Source: a virus. Taken from it: a stretch of 64,000 nucleotides of DNA. Positions 1 to 10,919 of the stretch are shown piece by piece. The stretch spans positions 7,276 through 71,275 of IMG/VR virus record IMGVR_UViG_3300024299_000010; one strand, written 5' to 3'. The notes under the pieces were generated by a model. That model was not told the origin of the DNA. It made no database searches and saw only the letters and a list, made by a program, of their open reading frames with translations. The number at the start of each line of letters is the position of its first letter. The first letter of the stretch is position 1. The translations under genes and the position numbers were made by a program.

Positions 1-593
1 CCGAATGTGATAGCAGTACCAGATACTGTACCTACAACGGCTGTACCATAGTAAGAATTACCCGCATCCGTATAAGCAACAACAAACTTACCCGCAGTGT
101 TTGGGTCAAAGGAGACGGAGACCCACTGAGAATCTCCTGAATTAAAGACATACTCAGAACCGAAACTTATAGTTGTACCAGATACAGTACCTACAACTGC
201 TGTACCATAGAGTGAATTACCATGATCCTGATAAGCAACAACAAACTTACCAGCAGTATTTGGGTCAAATGAGCAGGATATGGATTGAGTATACCCCCCT
301 GAATTAAAGACATACTCAGCACCCGCTGGGATGCTTAAGGGGCTACCAGTCTCAGCAACAATACTAACAGTCCCATCGCTATTTAGAATGACCGTACTAC
401 CATTACTCAAAGCACCAGTAGCAACTGCTTCTATACTGCCGCCAGCACCTGATACTACATTGCCCCCTGCTGTTGCCCCGTCACCGATATATAACTTCTT
501 ATCATCGGTCGTGTAAACAAACTCTCCCTCAGTGGGTGTTATCCCAACTCTATTGGCTTCTGTGCCTTGTTTAAATGATATTGTATTCGCCAT
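1..593 (-). CDS. Tail fibre / receptor-binding protein with beta-propeller repeats (runs off the window; paralog of 597..2192)
   Basis: Not in the ORF track. Manual translation from ATG at 593 gives MANTISFKQGTEANRVGITPTEGEFVYTTDDKKLYIGDG..., followed by AEYVFNSG...FDPNTAGKFVVAY repeats. Confidence 0.8.
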   Translation of the reverse strand, partial: MANTISFKQGTEANRVGITPTEGEFVYTTDDKKLYIGDGATAGGNVVSGAGGSIEAVATGALSNGSTVILNSDGTVSIVAETGSPLSIPAGAEYVFNSGGYTQSISCSFDPNTAGKFVVAYQDHGNSLYGTAVVGTVSGTTISFGSEYVFNSGDSQWVSVSFDPNTAGKFVVAYTDAGNSYYGTAVVGTVSGTAITF

Positions 594-596
594 TGG

Positions 597-2192
597 TTAG
601 CCTTTTATAATTAGGTTAGTTGCCGATAACGCTTTACCAGCATAGACGGATGGAGTGTCTGGGGTAGTGCTTAGTGTACCGTCACCTTGTACATAGTATT
701 TTAAAGCAGGAGTAAGACCTAACTGAGCGTAATTAGTCGCACCCACCACTTGGATAGTTGCTAGTTCAGTTGTTAGATATGCACCGTCCGAGATACCAAT
801 GAAGTTGTCTGAGGTTAGGTTGGTTGTGGTCAATTCTAGTACCCCTATGACTGCTGTGCCATAGAGAACACTAGATTCATCTAGATAAGAAATAACAAAT
901 TGTCCAGTAGTATTAGGGTCAAAGTCGATGGAAACCCAATTAGTATCCCCTGAATTAAAAGTATATTCAGACCCAAAGCTTATAGATGTACCGATAATTG
1001 TACCTACTATCGCACGGCCATAAGCAATAGGGTCAATATAATCCCGATAAGCGATCACAAACTTACCCGCTGTATTAGGGTCAAAGGCAATGTCAGGATA
1101 CCACCCAAACAATGATTCGAACGTATACTTAGTGCTATAAGCAATAGTAGTGCCACTTACGGTACCAACTATTGCAGTGCCTATTGTATAGTTCAAACAA
1201 TAGGCAATAACAAATTGTCCAGCAGTATTAGGGTCAAACGAGCAGGAGATGAAGTTACCGTTCCCTGTGGATTCGAAAACATACTCAGCACCAAAGGATA
1301 ATGTAGTACCACTTACTGTACCAACTATTGCTGTACCATAATAAGAATTACCATTATCCCTATAAGAAACAACAAACTTACCTGCTGTATTAGGGTCAAA
1401 GGCTAAGGAGTTGTATTGACTATCCCCTGAATTAAAGACATACTCTGCCCCAAAACTTATTGTAGTGCCAGTTACTGTTCCTACTATTGCTCTACCAGAA
1501 GTAGAAAGATCCCTATAAGCAACAACAAACATACCCGCGGTATTAGGATCAAAGGCGCAGGATACGTAGTGGGTCATCCCTGAATTAAAGACATACTCAG
1601 CACCATAAGAAATAGTAGTACCACTAACTGTACCTACGATTGCTGTGCCGTAGTTAGAATTAACAATATCATTATAAGAAATAACAAACTTGCCTGGAGT
1701 ATTAGGGTCAAATGAGATGGAGTTGTATCGAGTATCACCTGAATTAAACACATATTCAGCACCAAAGGAAATAGTAGTACCCGATACAGTACCCACTATA
1801 GCTGTGCCAGATCCATTATTACCCTGATCCTTATAAGCAATAACAAACTTACCTGCGGTGTTTGGGTCAAAAGCACATGAGGTGTGTTGAGTATTCGCAG
1901 AATTAAATACACTTGCAGAACCCGCTGGAATAGCCTCAGGTATAACAGTCTGAGCAACAACCTCAACAGTCCCATCGCTATTTAGAATAACCTTACTACC
2001 ATTACTCAAAGCACCCGTAGCAACTGCTTCAACCCCTGCGTTACCACCGCCTACAGGATTACCACCTGCTGTTACGCCATCACCTATATAGACTTTTTTA
2101 TCATCCGTTGTATAAATAGCCTCACCCGATGCAGGAGTAATCGAAAGCCGACTACTCTCTAACCCCTTTTTTAAAGTGATGATATTCGTCAT
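597..2192 (-). CDS. Tail fibre / receptor-binding protein, seven ~52-aa repeats (predicted 7-bladed propeller)
   Basis: N-terminal YTTDDKKVYIGDG fibre motif; seven FDPNT-containing repeats; lies in the structural module. Confidence 0.75.
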   Translation of the reverse strand: MTNIITLKKGLESSRLSITPASGEAIYTTDDKKVYIGDGVTAGGNPVGGGNAGVEAVATGALSNGSKVILNSDGTVEVVAQTVIPEAIPAGSASVFNSANTQHTSCAFDPNTAGKFVIAYKDQGNNGSGTAIVGTVSGTTISFGAEYVFNSGDTRYNSISFDPNTPGKFVISYNDIVNSNYGTAIVGTVSGTTISYGAEYVFNSGMTHYVSCAFDPNTAGMFVVAYRDLSTSGRAIVGTVTGTTISFGAEYVFNSGDSQYNSLAFDPNTAGKFVVSYRDNGNSYYGTAIVGTVSGTTLSFGAEYVFESTGNGNFISCSFDPNTAGQFVIAYCLNYTIGTAIVGTVSGTTIAYSTKYTFESLFGWYPDIAFDPNTAGKFVIAYRDYIDPIAYGRAIVGTIIGTSISFGSEYTFNSGDTNWVSIDFDPNTTGQFVISYLDESSVLYGTAVIGVLELTTTNLTSDNFIGISDGAYLTTELATIQVVGATNYAQLGLTPALKYYVQGDGTLSTTPDTPSVYAGKALSATNLIIKG

Positions 2193-2587
2193 TAGAATGT
2201 ACCTCCAGAAATGGCAGTAGTGTTTGTAAGGATAGTAGCGTCAAATGCTTGTACAGAAACTCCAATATCAGCATCTACTACAATAGTAGCATCAAATGCT
2301 TGTACTGTTGTTCCTATATCAGCAACAGCAACAATTGCTGCTTGTGCTAAAGTATTAGAAACCAAAGTAGTACCATCAGATACCATTATATTACCAGCAA
2401 CACCGACAGAAGTTAATCCACTACCACCCGAAGCAACCGGAAGAGGGTTTGTTAGAACTACATTCTGACTAGCATCAACAGTAAGGGCAGTAACACCATC
2501 AGTTTTTAGTTCTAGAACACCCGAAGCATCAGCAGAAGTTTCTATACCACCACCACTAGTGGTAATAGCATTTATAAATGAAGCCAT
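2192..2587 (-). CDS. Putative tail fibre-associated structural protein
   Basis: 131 aa, Gly/Thr/Ala rich; PLPVASGGSG motif and short VQAFDAT repeats. Confidence 0.55.
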   Translation of the reverse strand: MASFINAITTSGGGIETSADASGVLELKTDGVTALTVDASQNVVLTNPLPVASGGSGLTSVGVAGNIMVSDGTTLVSNTLAQAAIVAVADIGTTVQAFDATIVVDADIGVSVQAFDATILTNTTAISGGTF

Positions 2588-2613
2588 ATTAAATTTATCC
2601 TTTGATTAAATTA

Positions 2614-3072
2614 TTACAATACTACCCAACGAGAACCCGATGGAACTGTTATAGTTGCACCTGTTGCAATAGTTATTGGTCCTGTACACATAGCATTTTT
2701 ATCTGTTGTTATAGTATAAGATGAAGCAATATTTGTACTATTTTCAAAGAATACAGAATCACCAACACCACCAGTAGCACCACCACCGATAGCACCCCAA
2801 GCAGATCCATTATAACCTTCATATTGGTTTAACTCAGAGTTAAATCTCATTTGCCCGGTTGAAGGGGTTCCTGGTCTTTCACTCGTAATACCAACAGGAA
2901 GTTTTAATGCTGTTGTTGATGTATTTGAAACATCACCTTGAATTGTTAAATCGCCAGTGATAGTACCACCAGCAAGTTCTAGTTTATCAGTGTTAAGATT
3001 ACTAAAGTTAGCATCAACTTCGGTATTGGTTAAAGGCGTACCTTTTGTATTTCTAAGGACTAATGTTGACAT
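2614..3072 (-). CDS. Putative tail fibre-associated structural protein
   Basis: LTNTEVDANFSNLN and LPVGITSERP...GQMRFN...EGYNGSAWG motifs typical of fibre proteins. Confidence 0.6.
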   Translation of the reverse strand: MSTLVLRNTKGTPLTNTEVDANFSNLNTDKLELAGGTITGDLTIQGDVSNTSTTALKLPVGITSERPGTPSTGQMRFNSELNQYEGYNGSAWGAIGGGATGGVGDSVFFENSTNIASSYTITTDKNAMCTGPITIATGATITVPSGSRWVVL

Positions 3073-3097
3073 GAAATTTCCTATAAGTTATATACAG

Positions 3098-3367
3098 TTA
3101 TTTATATAACAATTGCTGAAGTAATGATTTAATATCAGTTACATCTTTGTTAATATTATTTATGCTCGTTTCTAATTCATTTAGCTTGAGAGAATTAGTT
3201 TCAGAATCTTCCGATAAAGAAACTAATCTCTCTGCTTGTTTTTTATGTTGCATATATCTATTATAAGAATCAGACTTATCAACAATAATACTACCATTAT
3301 CTTTCTTTATTAAACCATCAATAATATTATCAGATGCATCCTTTACTCTCATACTAAGATACCACAA
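3098..3367 (-). CDS. Small coiled-coil protein following the VrlC-like gene
   Basis: C-terminal INNINKDVTDIKSLLQQLL heptads; true start probably MRVKD. Confidence 0.6.
   Translation of the reverse strand: MWYLSMRVKDASDNIIDGLIKKDNGSIIVDKSDSYNRYMQHKKQAERLVSLSEDSETNSLKLNELETSINNINKDVTDIKSLLQQLLYK
3099..3106 (-). promoter_or_regulatory. T4-type late promoter (TATAAATA)
   Basis: Exact gp55 consensus on the minus strand upstream of 2614..3072. Confidence 0.6.
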
Positions 3368-5837
3368 TAACTCTATAAGAATCTACAATAGGAGCAATTG
3401 CCGGATTAGATGTTGTTAATACACATTTCAAATCATAATTATCAAATTGTGAGATACCATCAAGATAAAATAAATACTCAAGTCCTTCACCAACATAAGA
3501 TGATTTGTCCCTTGGAGTATCACAACTCAATCTTTGCCACCCCTCTAAACTATGATCAACACCTGCCGCTGATAATGAAGTTCTAACATACCAATCAACC
3601 GAAGAACTTGTTGTAGAACTAATAACAGAATATAATCTTAAACCGGATGAAATGATTTGTAAAGAATTCTTTTTGGTTATATATCTTGATTTAGCAGTAC
3701 CTCCAGTAGGTAACAATTCTGAATTGAATGGTGTTAAAACTGCTTGAGCAGCACCATTTATTCCAGTAGTATCACCAACAGCTCTTGTAATAACAATAGT
3801 AGGTGTAGAAGTATAACCAGAACCAGCAGCAGAGATAACAGAACCAGTAATTGCTCCACCAGTTAATACGGATGTTGCTGTTGCTTGAACACCATCTTCA
3901 AGATCAGGAGCAGATATTGTAATAATAGGATCAATAGTATAAGCAGAACCAGCAGCTGAGATAACAATCGAATCGACTGTACCAGAAGAATTTAATGAAG
4001 TAAGAGTTTCACCCGTTTGATTATTAATTTTATTAGAAAATGCTTTAAGATATTGAGCAGAGTTTGTATCAATAATAGGAGAAATGTTTGGGTTATCTGA
4101 CTTCAATTCTACCGTAAGTTTGGTAGAAATATTACCACTCATCAAAGAAGTTTCATTAAATGTTGATGCAATAACCGAATTCTGTTTCAAGTTTATATCA
4201 AGTGATCTATCAGCAATATCGAAAGTTTTACCAGAATTGTATGTTACAAGATTACCACCATCATAATTACCTAAAGTGGTTGATATTACACCAGTAGTAG
4301 TAGTAGAACCCACATTGTGCATATTAACTTTAGGAATAAATCCGGTCATTGGTTTATTCACATATATTCTAAATGCTGGTGTAACAGAAGCAACTATGGA
4401 CAATCCAGTACCAGTTAATGTATTAATCGTTATTGTGGGACGAGATGTATAACCTGTACCAGAATTAGTGATTGTGACAGATTTTACTTTACCATCAATA
4501 ACATTTAAAGTAGCGGCGGCATCAACTCCTCCTCCACCAGAAAATGTAATAGTATCTGCAACACTATAATTAATACCTTCAGATAATACTGTTATTACAT
4601 TAACAATATTACAAGAGTCCATTATACCAGTACTGGTTGCTGGAGTAGTCACTTGAAATTTCAAAGTGTTTCTATCTATAATTTCGGTGATATTATGAAT
4701 AGTACTCATTTCTGTATGAGGAATGCCATTGAAACTAGCATTAACATATAATGCATCAGGCCATAGCGAATCATTTCTTGTAAGTAGTTTAAATTTGGAA
4801 CCAACTTCAAGACCATGTTCTTGGTCGTGTCTAAATGTAACAACATTAGAACCAGATACGGTTGAAAATTGATTACCAAATGCTGCCAAAGCAGGAACTT
4901 CTACTGCATATTCAAGGATACCGGAACTACCTGTATCAAACACTGCTTTATTGATATTAAATTTAATATCTTCAAATTGTTCAGCAGTCCAAGTGATGTT
5001 ATTTTCAGATTTAAATAAAGAACCAACATAAGGGTTATCATAAATCTTAGCACCATCTTCTAAAGAGGATTCCCCAAGTTTAGAAGTGAATACATTATAA
5101 TCCATAGAATTAGTTCTTAATACAAAGCAATTCTCCGAATTTTCCGCAATATATATAGGTGGATTAAATGAAAATTTAGTGGGCAGAGATGCATCAGATG
5201 AAGTAAAAACACTAGAAGGTGGTAATATAGAAACTAGTTTTATATTACCTGCTTCTAATGGAGCTGGATATCCATTAACCATTGGTCGTATTTCACATGT
5301 TACTGGAAGTGTATCATCTTTGGTTTGAAAAAACACATCAATTGATGATAAAAACATTCCACCTTCAACACCAAAAGTAAAGAATGATTGTGCTAATGGA
5401 TCTCTTTGAACTGTTTTAGCTCTTGCTATTTTCTTTATAGTTGTTTCGGTTCTTTGGAATATTTCTAATATCCCATTTGCTTGGAATGTTGTGGAAGCAG
5501 AACCATAAACAGAACCTGTACTATTAAGCAAATCTAAATTATCAGTATCGGATATTATAATTTCTGTGTTACCGACATTAAAAGTTCCACTCGGCAATTT
5601 AAATTCTATTACTGCTTGACCTATAGTATCCGTGACAAGATCTGTTCCTAATACATTACCCTCTAAATTACACAAATGTGTTACATCAGTATCACCAAAC
5701 CAGACATACATTTTAGTATTAGGTCTAGTTTCGACTAAAGTTAAAGTTAGAGTTTGTGCTCGTATAAATTGTATAGATTCTTGACTAACAAGATCATTTT
5801 TTGAAACTACCTCTGTATCAAGATTTGGTGCTGCCAT
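3354..5837 (-). CDS. Virion structural protein, VrlC/DUF4815-like C-terminal half
   Basis: DPLAQSFF, SSIDVFF and GSLFKSEN..TWTAEQFEDIKF motifs; GSGYT repeats. Confidence 0.75.
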   Translation of the reverse strand: MAAPNLDTEVVSKNDLVSQESIQFIRAQTLTLTLVETRPNTKMYVWFGDTDVTHLCNLEGNVLGTDLVTDTIGQAVIEFKLPSGTFNVGNTEIIISDTDNLDLLNSTGSVYGSASTTFQANGILEIFQRTETTIKKIARAKTVQRDPLAQSFFTFGVEGGMFLSSIDVFFQTKDDTLPVTCEIRPMVNGYPAPLEAGNIKLVSILPPSSVFTSSDASLPTKFSFNPPIYIAENSENCFVLRTNSMDYNVFTSKLGESSLEDGAKIYDNPYVGSLFKSENNITWTAEQFEDIKFNINKAVFDTGSSGILEYAVEVPALAAFGNQFSTVSGSNVVTFRHDQEHGLEVGSKFKLLTRNDSLWPDALYVNASFNGIPHTEMSTIHNITEIIDRNTLKFQVTTPATSTGIMDSCNIVNVITVLSEGINYSVADTITFSGGGGVDAAATLNVIDGKVKSVTITNSGTGYTSRPTITINTLTGTGLSIVASVTPAFRIYVNKPMTGFIPKVNMHNVGSTTTTGVISTTLGNYDGGNLVTYNSGKTFDIADRSLDINLKQNSVIASTFNETSLMSGNISTKLTVELKSDNPNISPIIDTNSAQYLKAFSNKINNQTGETLTSLNSSGTVDSIVISAAGSAYTIDPIITISAPDLEDGVQATATSVLTGGAITGSVISAAGSGYTSTPTIVITRAVGDTTGINGAAQAVLTPFNSELLPTGGTAKSRYITKKNSLQIISSGLRLYSVISSTTSSSVDWYVRTSLSAAGVDHSLEGWQRLSCDTPRDKSSYVGEGLEYLFYLDGISQFDNYDLKCVLTTSNPAIAPIVDSYRVIVVS

Positions 5838-5847
5838 TAGTTATTCC

Positions 5848-8800
5848 TCATTTTATTTCAGTAAAGGTTGTGCCATCAAAATTAGTTCCTGTTCTAGTGG
5901 ATATTAGTTTACCACCAGAACCATATGAATATGATGTTGTTGATGTTAATACAGATTCTTGCATGAGTGTTTCAAGTGATATTGGATTAAAAACTCCACC
6001 AAGAGCTGCATTTGCTGCAATAGCATCTGTATTTTCCTTCGAAGAAATAAAATGTTCTGCAATTTGCTGTTTTGATACCCCAAGATTAGTACTATCGTTC
6101 ACCCACCAAGCAACTCCAGCAGCTTCTCCTGCACGATCGAACGCAGCGCCATAAAATCCGCCATAAGTTGTTGCAGGAAGTGGTGGAGGAGGTGGTGGAG
6201 GTGGAGGAGGTCCACCACCTCCATTAACAGGACAGTTGATATAGGTAATTATTTCAACATCTTCTGTTGTTTCTTCAAATATTGTAGCATTATCTCTAAC
6301 TTCTGTCCAATCATCCGATGCAGGAACACAAGAAAGTAAACCATCCCATTTTATCATTAAAAATGGATTTAAGTTAGTAGTTCTTGAACTTAATGTTTGT
6401 GAAGCAAATGCCGTTTCAGTGTAAGGTAACATCAAATACCCATTCCTGTTCACTAGGTCGCCTTGATCACTAATCACTAAGTCACATTGTAATTCCTCTA
6501 TAGCACTATATAATACACCTTCAACAAATGATGCTGAATAATCCGAAGCAGTAGTTCTTGCTATTGTTAATGGCGTATTAAAAGTTTCAACAAGATAACC
6601 AGTTTTAAACATATCAAGACCAGTTGCTGCATCTATAACATTTTCAGTGGTTACAGATAATTCTGAGGCAGTTAATGTGGCAAAATCTTCAACGTTTATC
6701 ACTCTTCTAGATATCTTTTTAATATCCTTCATAGTGAAACCTTCAACATCTAATCTTGCTACAATTGTGTCTTGACTAGATTTGGTGTATGCTGATATAT
6801 ATAATAGATTTAAAGCGAACTGTCCTGTTGGTATATTAATAGCAACTGGATTTTCTGAAGGAACTCCTGAAAATATCGTTAAAGTTCCTTGAGGATTCAC
6901 ACATAAAGTATCTATACGTGGCACATAAAATTGTAATGAACTTGTAAAAGTTGTACCATTTACAATTAAGTCGTTCCTATTTGAAGCAGAAGATCTAAAA
7001 TCGATACAAGTTGGTAAATCAAATAATTGTCCTGTTGATAGTGAATTATAATTAATAACAGACTCTAAAGAACCTACAGGATAAGAATCAACACAAAAGA
7101 AATCACCCGCTATAGAATGTTGATAATACTGATAAGTGATTGTGATAGCACCAACAGGAGCAGACTTACCAGATTTTAAAGTAAGTTTACCAAAATTATA
7201 GTTGGTGTCATCTTGACCATCCCATAATTGATAACTAGAAGTAATATCACCAACAGTATCAATAACAGAAGTGATACGAATAATATCAGTCTTATCAAGA
7301 ACCGTAACAGATGTAGGAGAAGAAACTACTTGAGCATGTGAAGTTACCGTTTTAGTTTTAGGTGAAACACTATCCTTTTCGACATTAGCATAAACTTTAA
7401 TTACTGTACTAATAGCAGCACCAGTAACGGTTAAAGTTGTACCATCTACGTTCAAAGAAAATAAAGTATTTTGTACTACACCAGAAACATCAATTGCTTG
7501 AAATGTACCAACCTCAATAGGTGAAATGGTTTCACCGGATGATACGGATACAGATCCATCTCCACTGGCATTTGTTGTAATACTAAGTTCTTTCTGTACC
7601 GTATATCGTAAATCATAAGATGTTGATACAGGATTCTTCAATGTATAAGGAACGGCTTTTGGCAATCTAAAAACTAAACCAGATTGTCCAACAGAAGTTA
7701 AGGTGCTTTTAGATTTTATTGTTGAAACAGTAGTTGAAACTGAACCCACAATACTATCACCAACACTCGGCGTTTCCTTTGTATGGTCATGCTTAAAAGC
7801 ATAAAGTGTGGCACTAACTGGATTCCAATAAGCAACTGTTGCAGTTCTTCCAGATGTTGTATGAGTAATCAATTCCGCAACTTGGAATGTCCCTAATGAA
7901 ACAGGAGCATTATATTCTGTTAATACATGAGCAGAATAACTAGATCCATATCGAATCCCACCAGTAGAATTAAGTGTATAAGATCCAGACATTGCAACTT
8001 TGGATACCCATAATTTATAGATAGCACCCGTGGCAATATCACCCGCAAGATAATCAATGCCAACAACAGTAGCAGTTCCTATTTGAGTAGCAGAAACATT
8101 AGCAGGATCATTATCATTATAAAGATTAATTGTTGCTTGACTATGAATATCAAAATACCCAACAATATCCGAAATAATAATATATTGACCAAATTCAGGT
8201 CTTAGTGTAATATCGGTATCTTTAATGTGAGAAGCAGTTCTTGCCTTATCAATAACAAGTTTAGTAGAAGCAATTTTATCTACTTCAAACCCACTGATAT
8301 ACGCTTTTCCTGGTGACACATCAACTACTAATTTAGAAATGTCACCACTTGGATAAACACCACCATTATTATTAGATTTAAGATGTTCTTTAATTATTGG
8401 TTCTAAACCATCAACAACATAGTTCCCAGATTCGTCAAAGGTTCTACGAGCAAGAGATTTCTCTAATTCGGTATATTTTGGATTCAAAGCATGTTCTGTT
8501 AATATACCAGCAGCATATCTCATAATCTCGACATAATCATCTGCAACGGTTACACCAGTTTCTAATGTTGTTAGAGTAAGAGTAATTTTTAATCTATCAG
8601 CACCAGGAGCATTATAATTATAAGATCCATTAGCATTGTCTAATAAAGTTTCATCTGTATTAGTATTAACAACTTCTTCTGTAATTTTTAGTAATACTTT
8701 ACAATCAGGAGAAGAATCATATTTGGATAATATTGTTGTTTGTGGTAATACTGAAACGAATGTACCATTTACATAATAAACCCCAGAGTTTATAAATGCA

Positions 8801-9291
8801 AGTGAACCCACACCAGTAGCACTAGATGCTATTAAAGTTGCACCAATAGAAGTGGACGCGACAGTAACTTCTTCACCATCTATAAACGATACTGCACCAG
8901 TAGCAGAACCTGAAGTATACGAGAGGTATAGTGTATCAGAATCTGTTAGAGTAGCGGCTGCTGAATGTTTAACAATGGCAGTCAACCCCGAAGTTGTGCC
9001 TACAAGAGTTTTACCAATAAATGTGGTAAGATCAAGTGCCAACCCACCATAAGTAGGTAGTAGTTTGATATAAGGTACTGCCAAGTCGCTAAGGGAATTA
9101 CCAGGAATTACCACAGAACCTTGTCTAAAAACATGATTACCAAACTTCTTTGTTTGATCTCTTAATATAGATTGAAGTTGATTTAGTTCTCTTGTTTGTA
9201 CAGCAAAACCAGGTTTAAATAATATTTGATGAAAGTTCTTATCTTCATCAAAATCATCGAAATATGGATCAGCATTTAAATTAATTGTCAT
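5848..9291 (-). CDS. Virion structural protein, VrlC/DUF4815-like N-terminal half
   Basis: PYFDDFDEDKNFHQILFKPGFAVQTRELNQLQ, APGADRLK and LARRTFDESGNY motifs. Confidence 0.8.
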   Translation of the reverse strand: MTINLNADPYFDDFDEDKNFHQILFKPGFAVQTRELNQLQSILRDQTKKFGNHVFRQGSVVIPGNSLSDLAVPYIKLLPTYGGLALDLTTFIGKTLVGTTSGLTAIVKHSAAATLTDSDTLYLSYTSGSATGAVSFIDGEEVTVASTSIGATLIASSATGVGSLAFINSGVYYVNGTFVSVLPQTTILSKYDSSPDCKVLLKITEEVVNTNTDETLLDNANGSYNYNAPGADRLKITLTLTTLETGVTVADDYVEIMRYAAGILTEHALNPKYTELEKSLARRTFDESGNYVVDGLEPIIKEHLKSNNNGGVYPSGDISKLVVDVSPGKAYISGFEVDKIASTKLVIDKARTASHIKDTDITLRPEFGQYIIISDIVGYFDIHSQATINLYNDNDPANVSATQIGTATVVGIDYLAGDIATGAIYKLWVSKVAMSGSYTLNSTGGIRYGSSYSAHVLTEYNAPVSLGTFQVAELITHTTSGRTATVAYWNPVSATLYAFKHDHTKETPSVGDSIVGSVSTTVSTIKSKSTLTSVGQSGLVFRLPKAVPYTLKNPVSTSYDLRYTVQKELSITTNASGDGSVSVSSGETISPIEVGTFQAIDVSGVVQNTLFSLNVDGTTLTVTGAAISTVIKVYANVEKDSVSPKTKTVTSHAQVVSSPTSVTVLDKTDIIRITSVIDTVGDITSSYQLWDGQDDTNYNFGKLTLKSGKSAPVGAITITYQYYQHSIAGDFFCVDSYPVGSLESVINYNSLSTGQLFDLPTCIDFRSSASNRNDLIVNGTTFTSSLQFYVPRIDTLCVNPQGTLTIFSGVPSENPVAINIPTGQFALNLLYISAYTKSSQDTIVARLDVEGFTMKDIKKISRRVINVEDFATLTASELSVTTENVIDAATGLDMFKTGYLVETFNTPLTIARTTASDYSASFVEGVLYSAIEELQCDLVISDQGDLVNRNGYLMLPYTETAFASQTLSSRTTNLNPFLMIKWDGLLSCVPASDDWTEVRDNATIFEETTEDVEIITYINCPVNGGGGPPPPPPPPPPLPATTYGGFYGAAFDRAGEAAGVAWWVNDSTNLGVSKQQIAEHFISSKENTDAIAANAALGGVFNPISLETLMQESVLTSTTSYSYGSGGKLISTRTGTNFDGTTFTEIK

Positions 9292-9324
9292 ATTGATAAT
9301 TACTCTTTAAATTGATATTAACTA

Positions 9325-9332
9325 TATTTATA
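9325..9332 (-). promoter_or_regulatory. T4-type late promoter
   Basis: TATAAATA upstream of 5848..9291. Confidence 0.65.
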
Positions 9333-9334
9333 CC

Positions 9335-10897
9335 TTAAAATTTAATATAAGATCTAAATATAACTGCTTGTTGTTCGGATGAAGTGAAAGCAGATCTGTT
9401 ATCCACGATTAACATATCACCAGAGAATTTATTAATACTAGGATCGATGACATCACTTATAGTACACACATCTTCACTTGACGGATTAACTAAAACATTT
9501 CCCACTGTAGGAACAGAACTATCCTTAGATTGTAATAATATTTGAGTGCTTGTAGATGTAATCACATTAAAGGTTTTAGTTCCTGATACAAGAACCATAT
9601 CTTCTAATACATTAGTGACAGTTGGTGCGGTTACTAGGAAACATCCAGATCCAAGTAACACATTTAATTTGGATGATGAATCATAAGTTTCAACATCTTT
9701 AATTAAACCATATTGTCTATATTGATTATCTACAAGCAATCCTTGATTACTTTCATTTTCAAGTGAACTATAAAAACACAATATGTCTGATAATAATTCT
9801 GATGGAGCATTACTTCCGTGACCACCTATTGGTGATATAATTGCTCTTCCTGTACCACCAGTACCATCACCAGTGATAACAATATTAGCATAAGAATATC
9901 CAGTACCATAACTAGATAAGTTTATATTAGTAATAACACCATTCAAAATTTCAACAGTGCCAACAGCACCAGTCCCATCGCCAGAGATAGCAACACTAGC
10001 AGTAGTATAACCAGAACCACCATTTGAAACAACCGCATAACTTAAAGCACCTTTTACAGCAGATAATTCTACGGTAGATTGCTGGGTATCTAAGTTACCA
10101 AATGCTAGATCTAAAACAATATTAACACCAGAACCAGCATCTGAAGGTCCTTTAGTAACAATTAAATTAGCGTAAGTATAACCATACCCAGCATCATTAA
10201 TTATAATATCTGTGATCTGTCCCGAATTGAATACAAGACTTATATCAGCACCATCACCATCACCATCAATTGAAACATAAGTTTCCTCTGGTAAATAACC
10301 TGATCCAGAATCTAGAATAGTATAAGCAGATATTGTGCCGTTACTATAATATTGATTCTTAACAGATTGTGTGATGGGAAAATACCCCGATCCTTGGAAT
10401 TTATTTCTTAGAGTTAATGGTACATATGCCATAAATTTCCATACATAACCATCAGAAGTTTCTATATAACCAATAGAAGTTCCTGTTGGTTGTATAGTAG
10501 AAGCAACACCATTATTATTAAAGATACATTTATAGACATAATAATCATCGGTAAGTACATAATACTTAGCAGTATTCAATGAAGTAGCACCAGAAGTGCT
10601 TGGATTAATTACACTAATATTATCATCATACATATCATAAATTGCGTTAAACGTCCACACATTTTCATTTACAACATAAGAAACATCTTGCAAAGAAGTT
10701 TGTTTAGTCGAAATGATATTATTTCTAACATCATTAGTGTAAGATATATTAGTTTCTACGGCAGGTGGATCTAGTTCACTTGTCCAAGGTAGAATTTGTC
10801 CCACAAAGGTATGATAGATAGATTTACGACTTTGAATATCTTCATAAATCGTTCTTGCTATATTATGGTGGAATAATGGTGTAATTGATGCACTCAT
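9335..10897 (-). CDS. gp8: Baseplate wedge subunit gp8-like
   Basis: YVYKCIFNN, PTGTS..ETSDGYVWKFM and GGHGSNAPSEL motifs. Confidence 0.8.
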   Translation of the reverse strand: MSASITPLFHHNIARTIYEDIQSRKSIYHTFVGQILPWTSELDPPAVETNISYTNDVRNNIISTKQTSLQDVSYVVNENVWTFNAIYDMYDDNISVINPSTSGATSLNTAKYYVLTDDYYVYKCIFNNNGVASTIQPTGTSIGYIETSDGYVWKFMAYVPLTLRNKFQGSGYFPITQSVKNQYYSNGTISAYTILDSGSGYLPEETYVSIDGDGDGADISLVFNSGQITDIIINDAGYGYTYANLIVTKGPSDAGSGVNIVLDLAFGNLDTQQSTVELSAVKGALSYAVVSNGGSGYTTASVAISGDGTGAVGTVEILNGVITNINLSSYGTGYSYANIVITGDGTGGTGRAIISPIGGHGSNAPSELLSDILCFYSSLENESNQGLLVDNQYRQYGLIKDVETYDSSSKLNVLLGSGCFLVTAPTVTNVLEDMVLVSGTKTFNVITSTSTQILLQSKDSSVPTVGNVLVNPSSEDVCTISDVIDPSINKFSGDMLIVDNRSAFTSSEQQAVIFRSYIKF

Positions 10898-10919
10898 AAT
10901 TTCTCTCTATTCGTAATAA

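Noticed and set aside
1-2192. Diversity-generating retroelement suggested by the Mtd-like N-terminus and repeats
   Set aside because: No reverse transcriptase and no adenine-specific TR/VR pair is visible in this window.
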